Below are positions 9,395-17,182 of a stretch of DNA of 33,392 nucleotides, one piece after another. The stretch is from positions 1 through 33,392 of the forward strand of contig JBEIHA010000001.1 in NCBI GenBank assembly GCA_040381635.1. The letters are read 5' to 3'. The position numbers were made by a program, and so were the translations under genes. The first letter of the stretch is position 1. The number at the start of each line of letters is the position of its first letter. Under the pieces are notes generated by a model. The model ran no database searches. It was not told where the DNA came from and saw only the letters and a list, made by a program, of their open reading frames with translations. This stretch comes from Pseudobdellovibrionaceae bacterium (GTDB taxonomy: Bacteria > Bdellovibrionota > Bdellovibrionia > Bdellovibrionales > UBA1609).

Positions 9395-10497
9395 TGCATT
9401 TGTACTATCAGGGTGTTCACACTAAGCAGGCGCATAAAGGGATCCCAGACGGCGCTTACGAAGAAGAGCAAGGGCTAAAAGGGTTCTTCGGCCCCGTTTC
9501 CCACCTGATCAAAGAAAAGCCAAGCACCCGGTGGACAAAAATCGACGGTCCTTTGCGGCCGCACATGTACGACCTGGTTAAGCTGCAGAAGCATGAAGGT
9601 TTGAAAAGTATGCTACACAATCCGCATCTAACGGTGTCGATGCTTCGCATGGAGCCCAACCCTAAATATACGCAACAGGGTTACCGTAACGGCGACGGCG
9701 ACTTGCTTTATTTCTGCCACGAAGGTGCGGGTGAAGTATGGACCGAATACGGAATGCTGACCTATTCGAAATCAGAATACATAATGGTGCCCAAATGTTT
9801 GACCCATTCGATTATTCCTAAAGCTTCGTCACAATTTTTTGTCGTCGAGAACACATCGAGTCACTACGAAGAACCTGACCGTGGATTGGTCGGTCGCCAC
9901 GCCATCTATGACCCGGCGAACTTGGGTAAACCGGATTTATATTTACAGAAGACGACGATGTCGCAGGCCAAAGCCGAAGTGATCGAGGTGACTGTCAAGC
10001 GACTGAATGAATTCACGCGTTTTGAATACGATTCGAATTACTACGACACTCTTGGTTGGAAAGGTGATCTTTATCCCTTCACTTTGCACACCAAGAACAT
10101 GATGCCGCTGGGCTCACACCGCGCGCATCTTCCGCCCAGTGCACACACCACCTTCGTCGCGCGCGAATTTGTGATCTGCACTTTTTTGCCGCGTCCGCTG
10201 GAAAGCGACAAAGACGCTCTGAAAGTTCCGTTTTATCACCAGAATATCGACTACGATGAAGTTCTGTTTTATCACGACGGGAATTTCTTTTCGCGCGACA
10301 ACATGCACGCCGGGATGATGAGCCTTCACCCCATGGGTTTTCCGCACGGTCCTCATCCGAAGGCAATGAAAGCCGTGGAAACGAAAACCGAAACCGACGA
10401 AATCGCGGTGATGGTGGATTCACGTTGGCCTCTCGAAATCGATCCAACCTTAGAAGACACCGAGCTTAAAGATTATTGGAAGTCCTGGAAAGGTTAG
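9394..10497 (+). CDS. hmgA: Homogentisate 1,2-dioxygenase, short (~370 aa) form
   Basis: The cupin-type metal site context YHQNIDYDEVLFYHDG ... HPMGFPHGPHP is present. It sits immediately after hppD with a TAATG stop/start overlap. The N-terminus resembles short-form HGD rather than the ~430 aa form. Confidence 0.7.
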   Translation: MHLYYQGVHTKQAHKGIPDGAYEEEQGLKGFFGPVSHLIKEKPSTRWTKIDGPLRPHMYDLVKLQKHEGLKSMLHNPHLTVSMLRMEPNPKYTQQGYRNGDGDLLYFCHEGAGEVWTEYGMLTYSKSEYIMVPKCLTHSIIPKASSQFFVVENTSSHYEEPDRGLVGRHAIYDPANLGKPDLYLQKTTMSQAKAEVIEVTVKRLNEFTRFEYDSNYYDTLGWKGDLYPFTLHTKNMMPLGSHRAHLPPSAHTTFVAREFVICTFLPRPLESDKDALKVPFYHQNIDYDEVLFYHDGNFFSRDNMHAGMMSLHPMGFPHGPHPKAMKAVETKTETDEIAVMVDSRWPLEIDPTLEDTELKDYWKSWKG

Positions 10498-10498
10498 C

Positions 10499-11635
10499 GT
10501 GGCTGGTTTAAGTCCGTTTGAGGCCATGCGCCTGGCCGTCGACGAAGGCAAGAAAGGCGCGGGCTTCGTGTCGCCAAATCCCCTTGTCGGCTGCGTGATC
10601 TTAGACCGGAACGGCGTCTTGCTCGCCAAGGGTCATCACGCGCACGTCGGACAAAGTCATGCCGAAGTGAATGCCCTCGCCGAGATTGAAGATCCGAATC
10701 GGCTGGATGGCGCGCATGTGTTCGTCACCCTTGAGCCCTGTGCGCACCAGGGGCGCACCCCAGCGTGCGCAAAGACCCTTGCACAACTTCCCATCGCGAG
10801 CGTGACTTACGGAATACAAGACCCAAATCCCCTGGTGAGTGGGCAGGGGGCCGCCATCTTACAAGCGGGTGGCAAGAAGGTTGAGCTTTTCGCCGGCGGC
10901 CTAAACGCGGAACTTGAAGCTTTAGCCGAAATTTTTCTAACGAATATGCGTTCGAAGAGACCCTTCATCGCTTTAAAAATTGCCTCGAGTCTCGACGGAA
11001 AAGTGGCTTTGAAAGATGGTAGCAGCCAGTGGATCACCGGTGAAGAGTCGCGTACCCATGTTCAGTATTTGCGCGGAATTTACGACGGTGTATTGACTGG
11101 CTTAGGAACCTTCTTGCGCGACGATCCGCGGTTGAATTCCCGCCACCCCAAGTTCCTGACCAAAAAACAAAAGGTAGTTTTGCTTGATCCCAAGGGTGAG
11201 AGCTTCGAAAAACTGAAAAATTCCCAATTACTTTCGGTGCGTGAACCCGAAGAGCTGATCGTTGTTACAGGACCGCTCGGACGAAAGCCGCCCGCCGGGG
11301 CTGGACCCGTGAGGCACCTCGAAGTCCCGGCCGCGGACGGCGTTTTCGAATTCCAAAGTTTACTAGCTTCCCTCCAGGCCGAAGGTCTTCACTCGCTTTT
11401 CGTCGAGGCCGGCCCCTTCACCGCCGGACAATTTTTGCTCTCAAAAATGACGGATCGGTTGTACGTCTTCATGGCGCCCAAGTTGATCGGTGATGGAATG
11501 AGCTGGACCAGTGGAATCACTTTGCCTGCGCTAGACCAGGCGATCCATATCGAAAATTCCGAGGTGCAGCACTTCGGTCGAGACATCCTTATCACAGGTA
11601 GACCTCAGACTAGATTTGCCTCAGGCCCAAAATGA
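10499..11635 (+). CDS. ribD: Bifunctional riboflavin biosynthesis deaminase/reductase
   Basis: The CMP/dCMP deaminase zinc motifs are HAEVNAL and TLEPCAHQGRTPACA. The C-terminal RibD reductase domain reads KIASSLDGK..WITGEESR. It starts at a GTG 1 nt after the hmgA stop. Confidence 0.9.
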   Translation: MAGLSPFEAMRLAVDEGKKGAGFVSPNPLVGCVILDRNGVLLAKGHHAHVGQSHAEVNALAEIEDPNRLDGAHVFVTLEPCAHQGRTPACAKTLAQLPIASVTYGIQDPNPLVSGQGAAILQAGGKKVELFAGGLNAELEALAEIFLTNMRSKRPFIALKIASSLDGKVALKDGSSQWITGEESRTHVQYLRGIYDGVLTGLGTFLRDDPRLNSRHPKFLTKKQKVVLLDPKGESFEKLKNSQLLSVREPEELIVVTGPLGRKPPAGAGPVRHLEVPAADGVFEFQSLLASLQAEGLHSLFVEAGPFTAGQFLLSKMTDRLYVFMAPKLIGDGMSWTSGITLPALDQAIHIENSEVQHFGRDILITGRPQTRFASGPK

Positions 11636-11662
11636 AATCCTTTGGACTTCCGATATATAAGT

Positions 11663-13495
11663 ATGAGGCATTTCAAAATCCGTGTTTCTCTACGCTATAA
11701 GCTTTTGGGTTTACTCATCACCTTGCCGTTGGTCAGCTTGGGATTGTACCTGCTGATGGCGACCGACCTGTTCAAAAAAGACAAAGTCGCGTACGTGTTC
11801 GACTCAAGTGCGACGGTATCAAGAAGTTTGGCCACCCAAGCTAGAATGGAAGTTCAAAACTCATATTCAACGTTACGATCGGTTGTTGAGAATTTCGACT
11901 TTGTTCTGGGTGATTTCAATCCATCCGCGAAAGATGGTTTTGCTAAAAATTCGCGCTTGCATTCCGTGATCTTGTTTCGCAAAGATAACGCCGGAAAATT
12001 CGTGAAGCTGGGCGAATTGGTTAAAGATTCGCCCCCGGCTCAGAAATTTAGCCAGGACGAAAATGGACATAAGCAATTGCGGGATCATGCCGTGGCCAAT
12101 GTCGCCTTCATGGGTGAAGAGCCGAACCTTCCGGGTTCGATGCGCATGGCTTTCCGTCTCGGTGAAAAGGACGATCCCAATCAGATGATCGTCATAGGCT
12201 TGTCGCAAGCGGATGATTTTCTAGGTGCCTTTGAAGGCGCCGGGCTTTACGCCAGTTTCGTCGTGACCCGCGGGGGAGCGATTGCGGTCGGCGCGCTGGA
12301 CGTGGTGGGCACGGATTTAAATCTGTTGAGTGACGTCTTAAAAACGAAGGCCAACGAAGGCACCGCCGAAGCAAAACTTTCCGACGGTCTAACCTACTTG
12401 GTCTCGTATGCTTCCGTAGGTATCGGTGATTTGATCGTCATTTCCAAAGTCGACAAAAGTAAAGCATTGAAAGCGGTTGAAGTTCTCGTCGCGAAATCCT
12501 TATTATTTTTTGTGGCGCTTTTATCGATTACGCTTTTGATTTCGGTCTTTGCCTCAAATAAACTGACGTCTTCGTTGCGTGAGCTTTTCGAAGCAACAAC
12601 AAAAATCGCTCAAGGCGATTTTACCGTTCGCGTGGTGGCGCGTTCCAACGACGAAGTGGGTGGTTTGGCCGAGAGTTTCAACTGGATGGCCGGTGAAGTC
12701 GCCCGCTTGATGGAAAACACCGCCGAAAAAGTCCGGATGGAAGGGGAATTGGCGACGGTTCGAACCGTTCAAGAGACTCTTTTCCCTGCGGCAAACACGC
12801 GATTCGGTCCTTTAAGCATTAAAGGTCACTTCGAACCGGCGTCGGAGTGCGGTGGCGACTGGTGGAGCTACTCACGTATCGGGAACAAGATCTTCATATA
12901 TATCGGAGACGCCACCGGCCACGGCGCACCTGCAGCCTTGATCACTTCGGCAGCCACCTCGGCCGCGGCCGTTATGGAAACGATGCCGGATATCACGCCC
13001 GGTCGCGCGTTAACGATCTTGAATCGCGCGATTCATCAGACCTCAAAAGGCTCGATCATGATGACATTCTTTGTGGCTTCCATCGATTTGGATAGCAATA
13101 CGTTCACTTACGCCAGCGCCAGTCACGATCCGCCCTACCTTCTGCGTCGGACAGGCGAAAAGCTGGGGCGCAAGGATTTGGTTCCGCTTAATGAAGTGAA
13201 CGGGCCCCGGCTGGGCGACCGTAAGGATTTCGTTTACGAAGAGACCTCGCTTGAATTCACGCCGGGGGACCAGATGTTCTTTTACACCGACGGGATCTTG
13301 GACATTCAAGATGCCGAGGGCAAAAAGTGGGGCGAACGGGTTTTCTTGAAAACACTATTAGAAAGTGCCAACAGCGGTGAAAACGTCGACCTTAAGGTCA
13401 ACGCCATTCGCGACATCATAAACAAGTTTCGCGGCGGATCTGCACTTATCGATGACGTTACCATGGTGATGTGCGAATACGAGAAGGCCGCCTGA
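11663..13495 (+). CDS. Membrane sensor - HAMP - PP2C (SpoIIE/RsbU-type) serine phosphatase
   Basis: Two TM segments (LLGLLITLPLVSLGLYLLMA and LLFFVALLSITLLISVFA) bracket a roughly 250 aa extracytoplasmic region. The HAMP domain reads LRELFEATTKIAQGDFTVRV..DEVGGLAESFNWM. The PP2C motifs are GGDWWSY, IGDATGHGAPAAL, FFYTDGILD and DDVTMVM. The start could instead be the TTG at 11642. Confidence 0.85.
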   Translation: MRHFKIRVSLRYKLLGLLITLPLVSLGLYLLMATDLFKKDKVAYVFDSSATVSRSLATQARMEVQNSYSTLRSVVENFDFVLGDFNPSAKDGFAKNSRLHSVILFRKDNAGKFVKLGELVKDSPPAQKFSQDENGHKQLRDHAVANVAFMGEEPNLPGSMRMAFRLGEKDDPNQMIVIGLSQADDFLGAFEGAGLYASFVVTRGGAIAVGALDVVGTDLNLLSDVLKTKANEGTAEAKLSDGLTYLVSYASVGIGDLIVISKVDKSKALKAVEVLVAKSLLFFVALLSITLLISVFASNKLTSSLRELFEATTKIAQGDFTVRVVARSNDEVGGLAESFNWMAGEVARLMENTAEKVRMEGELATVRTVQETLFPAANTRFGPLSIKGHFEPASECGGDWWSYSRIGNKIFIYIGDATGHGAPAALITSAATSAAAVMETMPDITPGRALTILNRAIHQTSKGSIMMTFFVASIDLDSNTFTYASASHDPPYLLRRTGEKLGRKDLVPLNEVNGPRLGDRKDFVYEETSLEFTPGDQMFFYTDGILDIQDAEGKKWGERVFLKTLLESANSGENVDLKVNAIRDIINKFRGGSALIDDVTMVMCEYEKAA

Positions 13496-14343
13496 TGAAC
13501 GCAAGCCGGAAGTTGAACCTAAGCCCCAAGTCGGAGCAAATTGATGTGAACGAGCAGTCGAAAGACCGCGTCGCGCCTCATTGCATCGGCCTGGCGACAG
13601 GTTTACCTCCGGAACAAGTTCTGCGCTTGGCGACTGAGCTAGGTTACACTCACGTGATCCAAAAAAATGGCTTAGAATACGCGAAGGAATTGCAAACGAC
13701 AGAAATCCTCGTTGATAACCCTACTGGTTTTTTCAATTTTCCGGTGGCCTCGATTTTTAATCCGACCGACTTAAGTCCTGAAGGCGATAAGAAGGCTATT
13801 TTGGCCGATACCCTTTTCACCAGTTCAGCGCAAAAGCGAGACATTTTGGATGGATTTATGAAGTCGATGGAGTCTCGTACGCTTCCGCGAACCTTGATCG
13901 AGGACATCACTTTGGTGGCCGACGAAATGTTCACGAATGCCGTCTTTAATGCTCCTTTCGTGGACAAGATGACCCATGAAAACGCGAACGTAAGCCGCCA
14001 CAGCATGGAAGTGAGCTTCAATTCGAATCAGCCCGGCCGGATGTTGATGGCGGCGGATGAGACCCGGATCATGATCGCCTGTGAAGATCCCTACGGCAGT
14101 CTTAATCTGAACGGCTATTTGTCTAAAATTAAGGCAACCTATGATCGTGGTGCCGCGGCAACGATCAATTTCGGGGCTGGTGGGGCGGGCATCGGTAGCT
14201 ATATAATCTTTAATACGAGCGCGAGCTTATTTGTAGGAGTGAAAGCGGGCCGGGCGACGATCATCGCTTGCTTGCTTCCGCTCGGATTGAGCAACCGCAA
14301 GCGCTCACTTTTGCCTAAACATTTACATTGGATACAGCTTTGA
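13495..14343 (+). CDS. Divergent GHKL ATPase, RsbW/SpoIIAB-like serine kinase candidate with a ~130 aa unknown N-terminal region
   Basis: An N-box-like ADEMFTNAVFN, a G1-like CEDPYGSL and a G2-like GAGGAGIGSY occur in the order expected for anti-sigma-type kinases. The TGATG overlap with the phosphatase gene supports the ATG at 13495. Confidence 0.5.
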   Translation: MNASRKLNLSPKSEQIDVNEQSKDRVAPHCIGLATGLPPEQVLRLATELGYTHVIQKNGLEYAKELQTTEILVDNPTGFFNFPVASIFNPTDLSPEGDKKAILADTLFTSSAQKRDILDGFMKSMESRTLPRTLIEDITLVADEMFTNAVFNAPFVDKMTHENANVSRHSMEVSFNSNQPGRMLMAADETRIMIACEDPYGSLNLNGYLSKIKATYDRGAAATINFGAGGAGIGSYIIFNTSASLFVGVKAGRATIIACLLPLGLSNRKRSLLPKHLHWIQL

Positions 14344-14352
14344 GGAGGATCG

Positions 14353-14826
14353 ATGGCATTTTCAATAGGTAACAAGTTGGATGGCAACACTATGGTGCTG
14401 GAAGTGAAAGGGAATATCGACGAAGATGCAAACTTCACTCCGCCGAATTTGGGTAGCGCAAGCAGCGTGGCTCTGGACCTTAACGAAGTGACGGCGATTA
14501 ACTCGGTGGGCATACGTGAATGGATCAAATGGGTTAAGACCATGCCCGCGGGCGTGAAGCTTAGCGTGCGTCGCTGCCCCAAAATCATCGTTGATCAAAT
14601 TAATATGGTGGCTGGATTTTTACTGGCCGGAACATTGATCGAAAGCTTTTACGTTCCGTATTACGCGGATGGTTCGGGAAACGAAAAAATGGTTCTTTTC
14701 ACCAATGGCAAAGAGTTCAAAGGCGGCGAGCTTTTCGCGCCTAGCGAAGTTAAGGATGAGGGCGGCGAGGAAATGGAAATGGACGTCATTGAATCCAAGT
14801 ATTTTAAGTTTTTAAAGAATGGTTGA
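14353..14826 (+). CDS. STAS-domain protein (anti-sigma-factor-antagonist-like) with a ~60 aa C-terminal extension
   Basis: VLEVKGNID...VALDLNEVTAINSVGIREWI matches the STAS core, with a Ser (S51, nt 14503-14505) at the position of the phosphorylated Ser in SpoIIAA/RsbV. A strong GAGGAGG lies upstream of the ATG. Confidence 0.65.
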   Translation: MAFSIGNKLDGNTMVLEVKGNIDEDANFTPPNLGSASSVALDLNEVTAINSVGIREWIKWVKTMPAGVKLSVRRCPKIIVDQINMVAGFLLAGTLIESFYVPYYADGSGNEKMVLFTNGKEFKGGELFAPSEVKDEGGEEMEMDVIESKYFKFLKNG

Positions 14827-16711
14827 TTTCAGCGTTTTTGACTCTATTTTAGATTCGGCTTTCGTTGTCGACGGCGATGGCAAGGTCGTCTATTGCAACG
14901 ACGCTGGCGCGACCTTCTGTGGTTCGAGCGTGCGTCGCATGGTGGGCAAAGCTGTTTTGAGTGATCTGCTGAAGGTACAAGAGAACGGTTTACTTCCATT
15001 CAACGCCGAATCACAGGGCCGCTTATCGCCGACCCCCTTTATCGAGACTGAGTTTAAAATCATCAAAGGCGAAAAGACCGGTAAGGCGCAATTGGCGGTT
15101 CGGCCGATAGGCGATCAACACTGGCTGTTTTTCGTGCGTGATGTCAGTTTAGAAGAAGCACTTCACTCCAAATATCGCTCGGAATTATCGCAAAAAGAAG
15201 AATACGCCAGAAACCTCGAAAAACTGGTGGAAGCTCGAACGGCCGAGCTGAATCAGGTGAATTTGACTTTAAAAGCGATTTTGAATTCGCTTGGACAAGG
15301 TTTCTTTACCTTTAATGCCGCCGGCGATTGTGGAAACGTATTTACCAAAGCCTGCGAAGACGTATTGGAAGGCGTGCCCTCGGGCAAAAAAGCCTGGGAA
15401 GTCCTGGGCGTACCCGCTGGAGAAATCGAACAGTTTAAAAAATGGTCGGAGTCTTCATTTAAAGAGCTGTTACCGTTCGACGATATGAAGGCTCTTGGAC
15501 AATCCCTTTATAAGCATTCACAAAATCGCCATGTGACTCTTGAATACTATCCGATTCGTGATGCCGACAGAAAAATCAACCAAATCGTGGTCGTAGCCAC
15601 GGATAAAACTTCAGAATTCGAAGCGCAAAAGGCTTTGGAAGCCGAGCGCCAGTACGCTGGAATGATTGTTAAATACACTAAAAACAAAGATCAATTCTTG
15701 CAGTTTCTCGCTTCGGCCCGCATCGGACTTAAGGCTTTGTTGCAAATCTGCGCGGAGGAAATGCAAGGTGAACATATGAACGAGAGTTTCCGTTTGCTTC
15801 ACACCTTGGAAGGCGAAGCAGGGACATTTTCGCTCGGCGACTTGCGAAATTTATCACGTGCTAGTCAACATTTGTTGGAACCCTTTAAGGGCAAAGCAAA
15901 ACTGGAAGCTTCAGCTCAGTCTGAATATAAAAAATCGCTCGAGCAAATGCAGGCCAAGTTCGAAGAATTTCTAAAAATGAACGAGGAACTTTTCCGTGTA
16001 CCCGAAGGCGAAGTCGACCGGTCCGTCGAAGTGCCACTCGCTTTAATGACAAGATTCTTAGGTGAATTGCGTAAAAAAGCCGGCAATGAAGCTTTAGCGG
16101 GAAGCTTCCAAGAGCAATTTCTAAAAGTTTCCATTGATAGTTGCCTTCGTTACTTCGACAGTTTGGTACAATCCGTCAGCGAAAAGCTCGGTAAGAGGGT
16201 GAAACCGCTGGCGATTGACGGCGGCGGTGTGCGGATTTATCCGGAGCCCTATCAAAAACTTTTCTCGAATTTGGTCCATGCCTTCCGCAATGCGGTTGAT
16301 CATGGTTTGGAAGAGCCACTTGAGCGTGAATGGGGCGGGAAGGATCCGGCCGGCACGATCAAAGTGAAAGTGCAGTCGACTGATGGACAGATCTATATGA
16401 CCATTGCCGATGACGGTAAGGGTATCGATCCCGCCGTTATTCGCGAAAAACTGAAAAGTAAATTCCCTGAAAAGGACTTTACGTCCCAGTCCGACGATGA
16501 AATCATTCAAACCGTTTGCATGCCTGGATTTTCGTCCAGGGAAACAGTGGGTGAGTTCTCTGGACGTGGGGTGGGACTTGATGCACTTCGCGAAGAAGTG
16601 TTGAAGATTGGTGGGCATCTCCACATAAAATCAACAGTAGGGGAAGGCACAACGCTGGAGTTGAAGTTCCCCGAACTGGCGGAAGAGCCAGTGATTCTGA
16701 GGAGCGCCTAA
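14819..16711 (+). CDS. PAS-PAS-Hpt(P1)-P3-P4 CheA-like histidine kinase lacking P2 and CheW-like P5
   Basis: The N-terminal PAS reads FVVDGDGKVVYCNDA. A coiled-coil linker leads to a second PAS-like region. The Hpt motif is FRLLHTLEGEAGTF (His328, nt 15800-15802). The CheA-type ATP-binding core reads LVHAFRNAVDHGLEEP, IADDGKGID, MPGFSSRE and SGRGVGLDALREEV. The protein ends right after P4. Confidence 0.8.
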   Translation: MVDFSVFDSILDSAFVVDGDGKVVYCNDAGATFCGSSVRRMVGKAVLSDLLKVQENGLLPFNAESQGRLSPTPFIETEFKIIKGEKTGKAQLAVRPIGDQHWLFFVRDVSLEEALHSKYRSELSQKEEYARNLEKLVEARTAELNQVNLTLKAILNSLGQGFFTFNAAGDCGNVFTKACEDVLEGVPSGKKAWEVLGVPAGEIEQFKKWSESSFKELLPFDDMKALGQSLYKHSQNRHVTLEYYPIRDADRKINQIVVVATDKTSEFEAQKALEAERQYAGMIVKYTKNKDQFLQFLASARIGLKALLQICAEEMQGEHMNESFRLLHTLEGEAGTFSLGDLRNLSRASQHLLEPFKGKAKLEASAQSEYKKSLEQMQAKFEEFLKMNEELFRVPEGEVDRSVEVPLALMTRFLGELRKKAGNEALAGSFQEQFLKVSIDSCLRYFDSLVQSVSEKLGKRVKPLAIDGGGVRIYPEPYQKLFSNLVHAFRNAVDHGLEEPLEREWGGKDPAGTIKVKVQSTDGQIYMTIADDGKGIDPAVIREKLKSKFPEKDFTSQSDDEIIQTVCMPGFSSRETVGEFSGRGVGLDALREEVLKIGGHLHIKSTVGEGTTLELKFPELAEEPVILRSA

Positions 16712-16712
16712 G

Positions 16713-17129
16713 ATGTTCGCCAAAGAAACTCACGTTCTGGTCGTTGACGATTCATTGAATATCCGCCGCATCGTGGTGGACTCGCTTCAGCGCCTTGGGT
16801 TTTCTAAAATCACCACAGCCGAAGACGCGGTCGAAGCCTTAGGAAAACTAAAATTTTTTTCGAAGACTCCGCACGCCATTGGCTTGGTGCTCTCGGATTT
16901 GAACATGCCGGGACCGAGCGGACTAGAGTTTCTGAAACAGATTAGGGCAGAACAAGAGTTTTTGATTCTTCCCTTTTTGTTAGTAACGACCGAAAGCGAA
17001 AAAGGCGCGGTGATCGAAGCGGCTGCCGCGGGCGTTAGTGGATACGTTGTTAAGCCTTTTAATCTTGAGACGCTGACCAAAAAAATCAAAGATGCTTGGA
17101 AAAAACATAACCCCGACGCTTCCGCCTAA
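16713..17129 (+). CDS. Stand-alone CheY-like receiver protein
   Basis: VLVVDDS, LVLSDLNMPG (phospho-acceptor Asp), LVTTES and YVVKPF (Lys) are all present. It is 138 aa with no output domain and starts 1 nt after the kinase stop. Confidence 0.88.
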   Translation: MFAKETHVLVVDDSLNIRRIVVDSLQRLGFSKITTAEDAVEALGKLKFFSKTPHAIGLVLSDLNMPGPSGLEFLKQIRAEQEFLILPFLLVTTESEKGAVIEAAAAGVSGYVVKPFNLETLTKKIKDAWKKHNPDASA

Positions 17130-17182
17130 GTTGGTCTAAAGTCGAGTGTGTTTTCAATCCTAAATAGCCGATAAAACTATCA

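Noticed and set aside
10495-10500. I expected an FMN riboswitch upstream of ribD.
   Set aside because: Only 1 nt separates the hmgA stop from the ribD GTG start, so no leader exists.
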